Positions 37,201 to 51,018 of a stretch of 64,000 nt of DNA are shown here, piece after piece. Position numbers and translations under genes: made by a program. Below the pieces are notes generated by a model, which saw only the letters and a list, made by a program, of their open reading frames with translations, made no database searches and was not told the origin of the DNA. Within the stretch, counting starts at the first letter, position 1; each line of letters begins with the position of its first letter. This DNA is from Phoronis australis (lineage: Eukaryota > Animalia > Phoronida): the NCBI GenBank assembly GCA_002633005.1, contig NMRA01000102.1:726345-790344 (forward strand), in the 5' to 3' direction.

Positions 37201-40200
37201 CAAAAGGAAGTCACGCATTTCTAAAGATTCGCGAGAATTTTCACCGCTCGTCCTTCTGAGCAGCTTTTACCAGGGTCAAACAGAGCGCGGCGCCGGAGTC
37301 AGGTACAGTTGTGATGACCGCATTGCCCGATGCGAACAAGACCCAATTATAAGTGTAATTACCAAACAATAAACTGTATTAAACATCTCTGACTGTACAT
37401 AATGGCAAATTTTCAAAATGCATTAACCACTAATTTTCGTTTAAAATGAACAACACGACGGTAATCAGCTGAAAAACCAACCATGTACGCTTTTCGATTT
37501 TTAAAAAATTGATGAACTAATAATCTAAAAACTACAACCATTGGGTACGATTGAAGATAAACTACTATTGATATATTCGGTTGATATTCAAACGCTGATC
37601 AGAATAAACAATATCACATGGATTCATTTTTAATATTGTTTTAATCTCGTTTAACCAGATTTTTGACCAGAAAACAGTTGTACTTAACTTGTGCCCACTT
37701 TTCATTTTTATAACTGACAAAGAGCTAGAATAGTTAAATAGTCAGTGCCACCGAAAGCGTCCAGATAATCCAAATCTTCAGTTCTGGTTATCACCATTTT
37801 TGCACGTGTATATACTTGCTTTGAGTTCTAATAAAGAATAAACTTTAATGACGCGTAAAATGTTTAGTGTACCAGTAATGTGGAAAGTTCAGGGATGGGC
37901 TCACAATGAACTTAACTAATTAAGTTTCGCTGGCGATCAAAATCTACCACTGTTTTGGTACTTCAAATTTTGAACTTAGATAAAAAGTTATCAACCCTTT
38001 CCCAGTAACAAAAAAACAAGTGGGCAGAAGCATTAAAAATTAAATAACGAAAATCAATATGAAACATATCGTTTCTTTGGGAAGTGGCAATTTGTGAAGA
38101 TAAACACAAGTTAACCTTTTGGGTAATTTTGTAATATTTATAATGTACCAAGTTAAAACTACTCTCCAGAGTTACAGGCTGCAACTCTGTAAATGTCAGA
38201 GAAAACCAAAATGGGGGTACTAACAACAACCAATGTTGAGACAGTAATGCTAGCTATTAACTTTCCACTTCATTAGCTCAGATCTACATCAATACAAAGG
38301 GCGTGCTGAATAGGCATCGTAAAAGTTGTCTGGGGCTAAGGGAATCTGAGCGGTGACCAGTGTCACCGAAAAATTCTCCACATGTATTGTATTTTCAAGC
38401 TTCGCAATCCCACGCGCACAAAGAAGCCAAGCGTTGAATTTCACAACACGACTGGGCACAGCTTTTTTACCGAAATAAATGATTTGATAAAGTAGACCTT
38501 TTCTCCGCACACATCTAGCTCATAAAATTCGATCCTAAACGCGAGCGGACCCCATTTCCGTTGGCAACCCAAGTGACAGGTAATTCGTACACGCAATAAA
38601 CACTTTCGATTTCCCGATTTTAGTGTTGGACAACTCCCAAAAAATCTAAACCGTTTTCCTGAGCTGCACAGGTTTCCGAGGTTCTTCTTGCTCACTGAAA
38701 TACCAACCGGTCACCGACGGTAAGGAATTTACGAGACAGATTTTATGAGAATAAAAGGCACCTTTCGATTTGCCTTTTAACCAACTCTAAACAGGCCGAA
38801 ATACAACTTTAACAGTAAACTCCGAAAGGGTATAATATTCAACAGCGATGTTGAAAAAAGGTCAGTGGTCATCTGTATGTCAATGGTTCCCCACCCCCAG
38901 CACAACGAATGAAGTGAAGAAATTGGTTACCAACCACGTCGTCGTCCCCCATTTTGGTTGACCCGCTAGTAAGTAAGTGATCCTGGTTGTACTCGTGAAA
39001 CGTTTGCTCGGTGCGGTACTACACGCAGTAATGATGGCCCACGAACGGCTTTGTTGGAATGGGCGACCCGGCGACTACGCCCTACCAACGGAAAAAGGCT
39101 AGTTTGATGTGAGGGGATCACGTTTTAGACGAGATGTTGCGCATTTCGCTTGTAAACAACAGGGGGCATGGCCCCGCAATGACCCCCCCCCCCTTCCCGT
39201 GGCTACGCCAGTTTCCCGATAGCAGCCACAGGTGTCACTACCCGTGTATTCCACGTTATAACTGGACAGGCGCCGTTAGTTATTAGCTAAACTACATGTA
39301 GATGCTCACCTTTCTATTACAGAATGCCTTATATTGTATTTAAACACCCTGAAATTGGACACACGTAGAAAGTCAATGTATTTCTGCTTAGGCGCTCATT
39401 ACAAACCTTAAGTACACACAGAAAGCTATTGTATTCCGCCGTGAGTCAACAAAAGTATGTTTACCTATTTGTTCAACTGGGGATGACAGCCTTGCCAACG
39501 ACTCTAACGCAATGGTATGTTCAGAGTCTTTATACAATTTTCTTGATGTTTCTACGTTATTCCCACACTACGATGAAAATCGCCCTTAACGAACTGAAGT
39601 TGTCGCGTATGTCATACAGTGTATAAAGCTACGCGGTTACCGCTCCCGCTTAAGTAGACTAGGAGAATGGGAAGGCGTAGCCCCCGGTCATTTGTGAATA
39701 GCGCGTAAACACACGATGATTATCCAGTTACGATACTCGAGGCTGATCAAACAGAAAGTGTCGCAGATAGCAACACGACTGAGAGACCAGTGAAGTGCTA
39801 TATTAGAAGCAATTAGGGTCCCACGTCAGCTGCAGTTGTTAGCCTATGAATTATGGTGGTGAGTTCACAATATTTTTCAACTTTATATGTACGTTGTATT
39901 CAATATGCTGAGTATGACTTGGAATTTCGTATTTATGTTTAACTCAATAATTATGGGGATTTTCTGGCTCGTTGGATTGCTGTCCTTAGAACTTGGAATT
40001 AGTTAGCTTTTGGTGATTACATAGGAGGCATGGATTGAGTCGGACCTTCTCGGACAACCTTCTCGGCCTCCAATGCAACAGCATTCATCTGTAAGGACGA
40101 GGTATAAGCCACGACAAATGGCAAAATCACAGAGCTAAGAGCCAGTTCCATTTTTAAAACTTAACTCTCGTGTACATGCACGTTTTTTTCTATATATCCC

Positions 40201-40368
40201 ACGTCAGCGGTCTAGCTGCTGACTCCTTGTCACGCACTGGCGTTTGGTGCTACAGGAGAACGTTTCTGTCCAGATTACGCAATTGCAGGCTTTTAAAATT
40301 GATAATGCCTGAGTCGCCGTGAGCGGAATCGGTTCGATGACCGTTTAGGTACCGGTGACTGCTGGGCT

Positions 40369-40490
40369 ATATTCGCCATCTCGTGAAGTTGTACGAGGCT
40401 GCGTAGCAACGTACTCGCCATCTCGTGAAGTTGTGCGAGGCTGCGTAGCAAGTAGCAGCGTATTCGCCATTTCGAGGCTGCGTGGCAACG
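40369..40490. repeat. ~40-bp tandem repeat, 3 degenerate units
   Basis: ta(t/c)tcgccatctcgtgaagttgt(a/g)cgaggctgcgtagcaa twice, plus a deleted third unit. Confidence 0.85.
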
Positions 40491-43400
40491 CCTGACGTCT
40501 GTTTTATTGACCACATTTATTGCTGGAGTTTGGAGTTTGAAGACGAATATTAAAATTGATCTAAAATGAAGCTGAAGCGTACTAGCAAGCAACGATTGTA
40601 GGCTACAAGATTTAAGCTAACAGATGCGTCGTTGGCGTTAATGTATGACATTTCGATAAGGAAAATACACTTTTAGATATTTCAAGAAGGAAGTGAGATG
40701 CACAGTTATGTAACCTGAGTATGAATAACACAAAGGCGTGAATTGTGAACACTGTAACAGTAGCATAATCCCGTCATTGAATAAGATTATTATATATTTA
40801 TGAACTCAGCCTATTTAATATTGCACGAGAGACCAGACATATGGACAGACGACGTCAGAATGGCATACATGCTTCGGATCTGCATCCTATTTATTTTCAA
40901 ACCTGTGCATCACTGGCGTCAGGTGGCGTCGGATACAAAATGAAGAACTCCGTCCCGATTCATCTGGCCTCACGCGAAGCTCGGGAAAAAGTAGGATCCC
41001 TATTCATTACAGCTGGCATCAGGTGGCGCTGGCAAAGAAAGAAGAATCCCGGCCTGTTTCAAGTCGCATCATCTGGTGACATTATTTCTGAAAATTCGTG
41101 TACACTTATAGGCTTTGTGGCTTCAATTAAAGACGCACAATATCCAGAACAAATTATTTTGTTTTTTGCCTCAAAATATGTTTGGTGCAATAACTAGGCT
41201 ATAAGTAAACAAAACAAAATACGAAGGACAATCTGTGTGCCGGTGTGGCACGAAAAAGTAAATAATGAAATACTTCCATCGTGGTTCCCGGTAAGTGAGT
41301 TCGAATTTGATTGCAGGTCACTTTAAAGCGAGTTGCAAATTCGTAGCGAATAACGGTCACCTGACGGAGGCGTGCCGTTTTAAAATAAACTAATGTTACG
41401 TTATCAAACTGTGATTGCGAGTTTTAGACCTACTGCTCCTCTGTGATCCGTGACCATCAACGTTGGAGATTTCAGTTCATGACAAGCACAGCGTTCCTGC
41501 GTTTCCTAGTTGTGAATATATGGGAAGACAACTTTGGATCCAATTACGAATGAACTTTATCGTGAGTGTCGGTGGATCGTACTGTATCTGGATCAGACAG
41601 CCAGACTGGAATCACGCGACCAGTCTAGCGAAGCCTACACATCTGTTAAACTTCTGACGTAATTCATGGTAGATTGTCAAAAATTTGACGCCTATATTTT
41701 TGACTGATGACACTGTAAGTAAACTGAATCGAACTTACTGTTGTCGCAAATATGATACTGATGAATACCAAGGTGCTCATAATTTGTTTTTAATGACTTA
41801 AATCAATTTTGTATCTTATTGTGTGTAAAAATTATGAGTATTATTCAATGATAATGGAATGCATGTTTTTGACGTTTTTCGTGGAAACAGAATGTGTTAA
41901 CCATCGCATGTACATGTATATGCAATAGATGAACAGTGTGTAAAACATCTGCATTCTCAATAATATATTTGACACAGAATAAATCCAAGTAAAAATCTTT
42001 GTTGTTGAGAAAGCTCGTATGATTGGTGACTAGTTAATGAATACTAAACTCTTTGTATAGTTATTGGTTGCAAGCAGATCACTCAAGTCTGAAACCAAAG
42101 AGGCCTCTTTAGTAGTGTCCCCTTTTCAAAATTTGAAACAAGTTTTAATGTTTCTTTATCAACCAGCTGTTTAATTGTGGCTTACGTGAGATTATGCATG
42201 CCGTATAATGAAAAAAAATACAAAATTAGCCAATTCAGCGATATTTTTTCACAGAAACACAAGCCGGATGGCCCGACGTCCAAAACATAATCTGAAAGCC
42301 TGTCACGAAATAGCACGCGAACAACAAGCAGAATTACGATATTTTAGAGATTCTTCAAAAAAGTTATTGAAATATACTTATGTAGTGTTTCACCAGCGAG
42401 TGATGAGAAATATCGATCAGCAACCTGTTATATTTGGCTGCCATTGGATGAGTGATATATGAGTTTAATTAAGCTTGCCTGTTGAAAGACAAATTTACTT
42501 TAGACGACTGTCTTATCCAGGTCTTAGTCAAGAGTTCTACCCATAGAAACATGAGGATCTATCGAATTTACCAAGTAACATGATCTGGGGTAGGATATTT
42601 TAATAAGAGAGATCATTGACATTCAAGAAGGCTGACCAAACTCCTCTTTTAAAGATAAAAGATAAAATTATTTTCTATTCTAAATCAAGTTGCCATGTTT
42701 CACCTGCTTTATATTTCAGTTGGCCTCTGGTGAAGATTATTGACGAAATAAATCGCGACTTAAAAGCATAAAGTTCTGCGCGCAATGACTTTGTCGGTAA
42801 CAAGATATACGAAGAAACTAATCGATTACATATCTAACTCGTTTATGACATTAGAATAGCAGTCAATACTGGAAAAGACAATCGGATTAAAACTGGTGAA
42901 TGCGTACGTCGCAAGTCTTTTATGAAGTGAACTAAAATTATAGGACAGCAAGTGTCATTACACGACGTAGGAACCGTCGCGGCTGCATGCTTGTCTCAGC
43001 CAAGTTGTGCTTAGAGACTAGCCACTAATCCCGGTGCATTGCCCTTAAGTTGGATTATCTTTGGAGCTTGTTTAACAAAAGCCTAAGCGTTTGACAAATA
43101 TAGCCGTGCAATTTTACACGTCGTGCCACACTTGTGCGTAACGGATATTAGTTTTTTGTCTTCATATGATGTATCGGTGAGGTCATTATTTTTTTGCCCT
43201 TTTAGTGATTATCGTCCTTAAAAAGAGACATTATTTCAAATGATATTAAGTTTCATTTCAGCATAATTTTTTATAGTCTTATGGAATGAAAAAAAACTAT
43301 TATGTGCTCGGAAATGTTGCAGGAATATTTGTTGTCCCGTCATCATACATGTATGTCAATAATCGCATTTCCACGGAGATTTCGAAACGTTATATAAAGG

Positions 43401-44409
43401 TGAAATTTTGACCCTTTGACCTTCTTTTTAAGACCTCTTTGGCCGGAGAATAAGAACTGTAAAAACGAAGACTACCGATTTTGCCGAGGAAAAGTTTGAA
43501 ATCTTCATTATTAGAACCATGGTTATCGAAGGTCTTATTTAGTACAACAATTGACAAAATGTGCAAGTTCGAGGAAAAACGTCGTGTTTATGGAACTTTC
43601 GACGATCTCCTGAACTGATGTACCGTTATTTTAAGCTTCAGTAAACTAGTGTTTTCTGTCATTTTTATTTAGGCCTCTTACAGTTATAAAGTCAGCCTCA
43701 AATTGTTCCTTACTCAGTGCAGAGGTGACGTCTAGGCTCGTGCGATTTCGTTACTTCTCCAGGCTAAGTAGCTCATGGCATTTCAGATCATTCCGTGACC
43801 TACATGTTAACTATTTGTACAAGCTTGGGCTGTAGACATGACGAACTCTCAGTTCTTTTCAAGCCAATAAATCCCATTAGGGTTCATCCTGGGCTCAAAC
43901 GGTAGGAGGTCTTAACCAATGCAAGATTTTTCGTTGACACCATGAACGGGTTTAATATCGATTTAAAAAAAGGTAAAGTCACTTGGCTACTTGAACGCAT
44001 GACTGGTACTATTTTTATAGTGCGCATAAAGAGTTTCCTTTTCTCGACAAGGATTTTGAAATATATAGCTTCAGGGTATAAATGTAGGTCAACCCTCGGG
44101 CGATAATTCTCCAAAATCCACTTGGGGTCTAGAATACGGGGGATAACGACTTCGCCATGTAGTAATATGTATATACAGTATCTTAGGAAAAAACGGAAGA
44201 GGTACGCCCATCAATTACGAAGGTGTGTTATAATTTAATTTAACGCTTATGTTAAAGCTACTTTTTCGCTTCCTTTTTGTTAAAATCTGCATAAAATAAT
44301 TTTAACGCAACTTAGTGCAGTCAGAACTTAATCCCAAATACTGCTCATTCAACACAACACGAAATAATGGTAACTGAATTTATTATCAATTTTTTAGTTT
44401 AGTTTGGTT

Positions 44410-45112
44410 TTTATTTTTGATGGTGGTGATTTTCCTGACATTGTGGACGAAGGCTTTGTCTTTCATTTTGAATCCAGACCAACTTAATGCCTGGAGACGA
44501 TGCCATTAAATGAAAACTTAAGGTGCTTGAGGAAACTCCACTGCCATCCGCGGCCGTTACCACCTCCACCTCTTCCAGTTGCCAGCAGTTTCTCTTACCA
44601 ACAGGAGACTCTACCATATATACAGTGTACTGCCTAATTGAGACAATGACGTAAATCCAAAATAACCCCAGACAATAAGCCCAGGGAACTGCAAAGTTGG
44701 CACTGCTTTTTTGCATTGCGTGTTTACATCACTGGAGTAGCTGCCTTTATTCAACTTTGTCGAAAATTGCATGAACAGATAAAAAACTTGTGTCATTTCA
44801 TCTCAAAATTGTTACACATGAACTCAGAATCCTCATCCAGCCGATTTCACGCCCGTCGCCAAAGAGGCCAGGATCATAATCATGTGGACACAATGACAAA
44901 ATTAATAGTTTGCGATACAAAGCCATCAATTGCCAATGTTCTACAACTCCAACTCGCTTGCACGTAGTAAAGATTTAAGAAAGACTTGGCTGGGCAAGGT
45001 CTCAATATCTACCAATCTTTTACTCAGAAAACAATCGAAAACCAAGCAACTGTGTATCCTTTGTATGCAGCACACCAGGCCCAACACAATAGCGGATTTG
45101 CAGCGACGCCAT
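44410..45112 (-). pseudogene. Possible relic of a DNA-transposase N-terminal Cys/His region (Sola3-like, tentative)
   Basis: Heavily frameshifted. Pieces read LILSLCPH...GL.WRR, VPW..CLG and L...SSP, reminiscent of ICPxHR..LG..WR / VPVG..IC..C motifs of invertebrate transposases. Confidence 0.25.
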
Positions 45113-48100
45113 TTTGAAATTAGGTTAAAATGATGCATTGTGGGTGTTGAGGTCAGGATTCCGATTTGTTAAATCCACTCCCAACGGAAGGGATAATTGG
45201 GTGCGGCTATAGTCTAACTCAACGACGCCACCATAAAGTATGACATGATGCATTGTCTTATTGTCTCACCACCTGTCTGTAACCAAAAGTTGTTTGTTTT
45301 TCGTTTGACATTGGCTTTTATCTGCTCATGAACAGGCTACTATATTCGACTTCGAGCTGTCGACGGATTTTCTGATCTTTAGCCTTAGCCTGACGTCATG
45401 AAACAGGCTAATCCGTCCGTGCACAGCTTTTAAACCAAAAAGACAATAGTCTCTTTGAGAAACGCCACCAATGTGAAAGGAATGGTAATAGAGAGGTCGT
45501 GCTACTACACTGTTGTCATATATACGAGGCCAGCCGAGTCATTTTTCAGATTCAGGTTACATTTCATTACATTGCTCACTGTTAATTACTCATCGTCCTT
45601 CTTGAAAATAATCGATGCTTTAAATATGGCAAATTTACTATCGAAATGTCATGCACATTAACGGCAACATGGCTACCTTAATACTCAACCTCTTGGTAAA
45701 CTCAGTTTTTATAGCCATAGTCAGTTTAATTGGGAGATAAGAGTGACATTGACAATTCGTCATAATTAGTCCAATACGTTAGGTAAACTGACGGAAAGTC
45801 TTCAATTTAATTGAGGATTTACAGTGAGCATGTAAAACAAATAGTAATGGCCTCTGCGATTGTCAGTTTTTTACTCTTATTATGATGTAGTAAATAGTAA
45901 TGGGTTTACGACGTATTATCGGCTGGAATTTTCTGACTGCGAAGCCGATGACGTCTCTTTAAATTCGTAACTTACAGACGGTGAATACCTCCGTGTGGTT
46001 GCGAATGACACATCGTGCTGTGATCATCCCAATAAGCCTCACGTCATTTGCATTTGTATCGCTGTGGCATTCTTGCGTTACTTTGAGAGTCCGTTGCAGA
46101 CATTCGAGAATGAAACACGGGACACCTAAACTGATAGAGCAGGACCATTCGTATACACAGAGAGACATCACTTGGAGTAAATTCCAGAACGTAAGGGTGA
46201 AATGTCAGTCGTAACATCCGCATTTGTCGAATAAAAAACTAGGGCTATATAAGACATGTAACTGTAAAACATGATATTCAGTCAATTTCGTCGTGCGTTA
46301 GACAGCGGGACATTTTGATCTTTAAGAAGAGGGACAGTTGGCTAGTATGGGTGTCACTGAATCTGGGGTGCACCAGCGTACCACACCCGCGGGACACTTG
46401 CGGCGAGAAGTTGTCACTTGTGGGACAGAAACAGAGAACTCCATCGCATAATTCAACATTCCAGCATCACCGATCAATCACTTCACTGGCCGCCAACATT
46501 ACTAGTGTAGCAAGGTCTCGCGCACACTCTTGCGAAACCTCAACTTTCACTCGCGTGACCTTGCCTTTTCAACCCGCTCTTCATAACTGGGCTAATAACT
46601 GTTTCATAAGACCCCGGCGTGCCTGCTTGCACCATTGAAATGAGCGAAAACCGTAAGTCCGGAAGTGGTTCTCAAAACTGCGACGAAAGTTTTTTTGTGA
46701 ACTCCATCTGACACTGAATGAAAGTCTGTGATTGGGCAGGGTCTTAGTATATGTCGTTTCCAGTAAAGTGACTGTAGAAGCCGCATGTATGTCACCAGTT
46801 CGGACACAAGGAAAGCTGGATTTTAAATTCATTTTGGTCTCCGATCCCAAAAAGCATGGTTTCAGTAAAGAAAAACACATCAGTTAAACACTTGTACCTT
46901 AGGGTGTCTCTGTCGAAGTAAGGGCCAAAAAGAAAAATCAGAAAAGTCAAGTATTGCAGGATTTACTCCGCCATAATGGCGATCACAATTAAACGGCGCA
47001 TCGCCAAGCTCTGTGGACTTTTTGATCATTGCCCAGAGCATCGGTTGGCAAATAAAGGCGTTTCAAACATTACCTACCTTTGCTTACGTTCGTCTTTGTA
47101 CAGCGTTTCAAAAAGCAAGCATGTTAGCTTGGCTGGAATTCATACGGATGGCCGGTTTATTATTTTATGGTTTAGTCAATCAGAATGTATCGGTGCACAC
47201 GCCAGAGCAAAGTATACTTTTTGCTTTATCTATGGAAAACATTTCTCCCGCCGGAGGCGGTCCTCGTTCATACGATTGGTACATCACGCAAATAAATGCG
47301 ATCTTCAACATGTACATACATTTGTTCACAGTTGATCTTGATTGCTTTGTTATGAATTGAAATACGGGGTTCGATAATCCGGGATGCTGGAGAACTCAGA
47401 TGCTGTTAATTATTTGCTTATTTCAAAATTGTAGAGCAATACGGTTAGGCTCGTTTAAGCGACAGTTGCTTTTAAACAATAGGTAACTCATAACCGATCG
47501 AATCATTCTCTTCGACGTTTGTATCGTGTTTCATCAAATGATCTCTATATGTACAAGTTTAACAATAATGTGAGACGGTTGATTATGGAGGGTGTTTGAT
47601 TTAGACTATTTAGTTAAGAAAACACCTGCCTGTTTACCTTGGAATGTAGCGTGCTGTGCATTCGCATCTTTTACCCTCGAAATCAACAAGTAAAAGCCAA
47701 AAGCACAGAAGTTTACTTAAAATGAAACAATATAGAATGTTTTCCCCATGTCTTGTTCGGTGATTCACGCCTTTATTTGACAAATAACTATCCAATATGA
47801 CGACTTTTTTGCTGTTCTTCAGACATTTGGCGTGGCGGAATTTTTGAATATCGACCCTTTGTGTTTACCTGATATGTAAGCCGCTCTCAGCCACATAGAA
47901 CCAGCTAAATAATTGCAAACTATTCTCTAATCGATCATATTTTACCTACAGTATATCCGGAATTTTTGTAACAAAGTAATTCGCAATGTTACAGGTGTTG
48001 TAGAAAAGATTGGACGAGGTTGACGTTAGTTTCTACCGTGTTCCGTGATTCCCATCGGTCATGTTAAAGCATGTCGAAGCAGATCTACGCAACTGTAACT

Positions 48101-49545
48101 TAATGAACATAGGTGAGATCAACTTTGATCCCTGAATGTCAGTAACGCAATCAGGTTGAGCACGAGCCAAACATTTGTAGCTGTATTTTGTAGAATTGTA
48201 CGCGATTTGCAGTTGTTGACAATTATGCTTCACAAAGGGCTGATATTGATTCCTGTGGTTAGGAATGAATACTCGTGAATCTTGAACATTATAACAGTTT
48301 TACTCGACGGTCTGCGGAATACAGGGCAGTAGTTGTTTTTGGAAAGCATGAATCCCAGAGTAGACTTTTATTGGGATCTCTTGTGATAAATCATAGAGGG
48401 CGCTCTAGTCGTGCGCCTTGGGTTGTGCGTACTAAAATTACCTTAAATGAAGAGGACAAGAGGAAAATCTGACGAAAGTCTGCTGCCACCTTCGCAGACG
48501 TACATTTGATGGTAATTCAAATATAAATTGCGTCCGCCACGGGAATCTTTCAAATAGGCCCACGGACATGCCGACTGATTACCTATGACTGGATACTATT
48601 GGCCTATGGAGGACAAGTTCGCAGTTTATTGTTTACGCCTCACACCCACGCAAATGTTCTCTGGTGTCAGTGAAACATGTTCCCCTCTGCCAGCCGCTGC
48701 GAAGAAGACGTACATCCGTGTACAGCTAGGTGTCGGTAATGATGTACATCTGTCCAACATGATGAAAGGCAATGCTTCCTGAAGTCTTCATTATAAAGCG
48801 CTTTTATTGTAAATCGTGCCCCAACACCTAGCATTTTTTGCCACTACGTCAAAAATGCTGAGCATCTGAGCCGATTCTATAGGACGTTACTACATTGAAA
48901 AAGCTTAGAGGACTTTCTTAGGAAGAGTTCATTGCAACGTGCAACATGCCGACTGGAGTTGGTGTTTTGGCCCGTCAGTTATAGTTTAGCGTGGGTTTAT
49001 CGCTCTGTGGTTTTGCTGTGTTCGTCTCGGGTGAGAAATGGAAGAAGTGGTTATCGAGAGGGGAATGGGGAGTGGACGAAAGTCATATTTTTCCGGTAGA
49101 GTTATTCACAGTTTGGTATGGTCTCAAAATTTCGCCATATTCTCAGTTTCTTATGATTGCGTATGCGCGGCGGCTTAACCACACCTGTTATTTGAAAGAC
49201 ACCATGAAATAGATGATTGGTTATTAAAGCACCCCGTTAAAAGGCAGGACTTGGTGAGACTCGTGCCACCCAAATGTCATTACGTAATACAAAATACATC
49301 TAACAATCAGGGACAAAGAAAATACATGCTTGTCACAAATAGTGTATTTTACCTCTATAGCATTTTGTGAGTGTGGTGAGCTCGAAATCCATCGATTTAA
49401 AGCTGTAATTAAATTGATTATCAGTGTTTTGAACCCAACAGTCCAGGCAGGTGAGCATTAACCTTTGATACTGTTCCACTTGTAAGAAGTGAATTTGGCT
49501 ATTAATGTAACGTTCTTTTCATTTCCAGGATTTCTGGTTGTTGAA

Positions 49546-51018
49546 ATGGCCACCAAAAAGCGTCAAATCGCAAGCGCACCCCAACTGCAATCGTTGCCAG
49601 AGATCGTCGTAGAAACCGCTGGTGACGACACAGTGATACATGGCGGTAGTAAAGATGACTACGCATCTGCTCCAATGGAAACAACATATTATTCAGAGTA
49701 TGAGCAGCAAAGCGATTCTTTTCAAGGAAATCGAAGCGTCAGGCGCAGTCACAAGTCAGTAAACCTTCGTGATTCTGTTGAAAAACTGCCACCGTTGTAC
49801 CTCAAAAAGACGTCCAAAAAGAGGCAACAGGCAGAAGTTTCAACCTGTGAAGCCATTGAAATATGCGAGTCGGCAATAAATAACATAACAGACCTTGTTA
49901 AAGCAAGTTTAAGCGATAAACAAGAGATGGCGCAGCTTCCGAAACTGCGTAGGACAATGACGTATGGAGGTCATAGTGTTTCCGGCTCAAATGATTGTGA
50001 GTCAAGGAGACTTTTGCGGAAATTCCAATCATTTGATGACGTTCTTCCGTCTAAGTCGTACCCTCAGACACGCCTTGCTCAAGTTGGGTCTCACGTTTAT
50101 TACCGAGCAGAAACTCCAGCGCAGCAGACTTCCGTTAAAAAACAGGAGACTGCTATAAACGAAAATAAAAATGTAGTGTGGCTAAAATTCAAAGACTTGA
50201 ACGCCAGTTTCAATGAAGGTAAAGCCAAACTAAGACCTGATAACGAGGATAAACCATCAAACTCTATCGTTTCGTTTCAAGCGCAGAATCACGGAGATAG
50301 TGACTCGGAGTATTCGTCAAGCGATGAAACAAATAACAGTGTAGAAAGTGGCAGAGATGGAACTTTGTCACGACAAGCTCTTATTGGAAGCGCCACGTTG
50401 CGTACGATTGCAACGCCGACGTTAAGTTGGGCGCAACAGAAAGACGTTGTGCAACCAGACGAAGGGCCTGAATGGCCGAAATCGTCCGAGACGAGGCTTC
50501 GGATCAAGAACATAACCAAAAAAACACCAATTAGGTGGCATGGAAATACGTCGAACGTGAAGAGAACGCAAATCTTAAAAAGTCATGGAAAAACAAATGT
50601 GCAAAAAACGAAGCAAAGTTCAAAAACTGATCAACAATTATTTAGTTTGGAAAGTAAGAATAGTGATTGTGATTCCACAAAGACACGAAAAGGTATCCTC
50701 TGCCATCCGCGAGTAGACGAGACACTTAACGTCTCGTTTGTGACACGTATTGAAAAAGACAACGAAAGTTTGCAAACAGAATCAACAGCGAAAAAACCGC
50801 CTAAAAGTTCCCCGCTCACAAAACGCGTGTCTTTTATCGAGGAAACCTATTCAAAGTACGCGAGAAGGAAAACTCCGACACGTAATTCTAATCTCGCATT
50901 TAGCTACACCTCGAAGACCAGGATGGGGTACTTGAAGTCAAAATTAAAGAAGCCCGAGCCTCCTGTTTCCCTAGGAGCAGAATTTGAATACGACCAAGAC
51001 GATTTTAAATTTGAATAA
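49546..51018 (+). CDS. Uncharacterised ~490-aa Ser/Lys/Thr-rich, probably disordered protein (single large coding exon)
   Basis: A 1.5-kb stop-free frame in AT-rich DNA. Polypyrimidine acceptor ttcttttcatttccag| at 49528, then gaaATGG at 49546. Hydrophilic, with no TM segment or domain that I recognise. Confidence 0.8.
   Translation: MATKKRQIASAPQLQSLPEIVVETAGDDTVIHGGSKDDYASAPMETTYYSEYEQQSDSFQGNRSVRRSHKSVNLRDSVEKLPPLYLKKTSKKRQQAEVSTCEAIEICESAINNITDLVKASLSDKQEMAQLPKLRRTMTYGGHSVSGSNDCESRRLLRKFQSFDDVLPSKSYPQTRLAQVGSHVYYRAETPAQQTSVKKQETAINENKNVVWLKFKDLNASFNEGKAKLRPDNEDKPSNSIVSFQAQNHGDSDSEYSSSDETNNSVESGRDGTLSRQALIGSATLRTIATPTLSWAQQKDVVQPDEGPEWPKSSETRLRIKNITKKTPIRWHGNTSNVKRTQILKSHGKTNVQKTKQSSKTDQQLFSLESKNSDCDSTKTRKGILCHPRVDETLNVSFVTRIEKDNESLQTESTAKKPPKSSPLTKRVSFIEETYSKYARRKTPTRNSNLAFSYTSKTRMGYLKSKLKKPEPPVSLGAEFEYDQDDFKFE

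Noticed and set aside
40369-40490. Repeat units of CRISPR-like length (also 3350-3670 and 5390-5850)
   Set aside because: The units are adjacent or degenerate with no unique spacers of uniform length. There are no cas genes and the context is eukaryotic.
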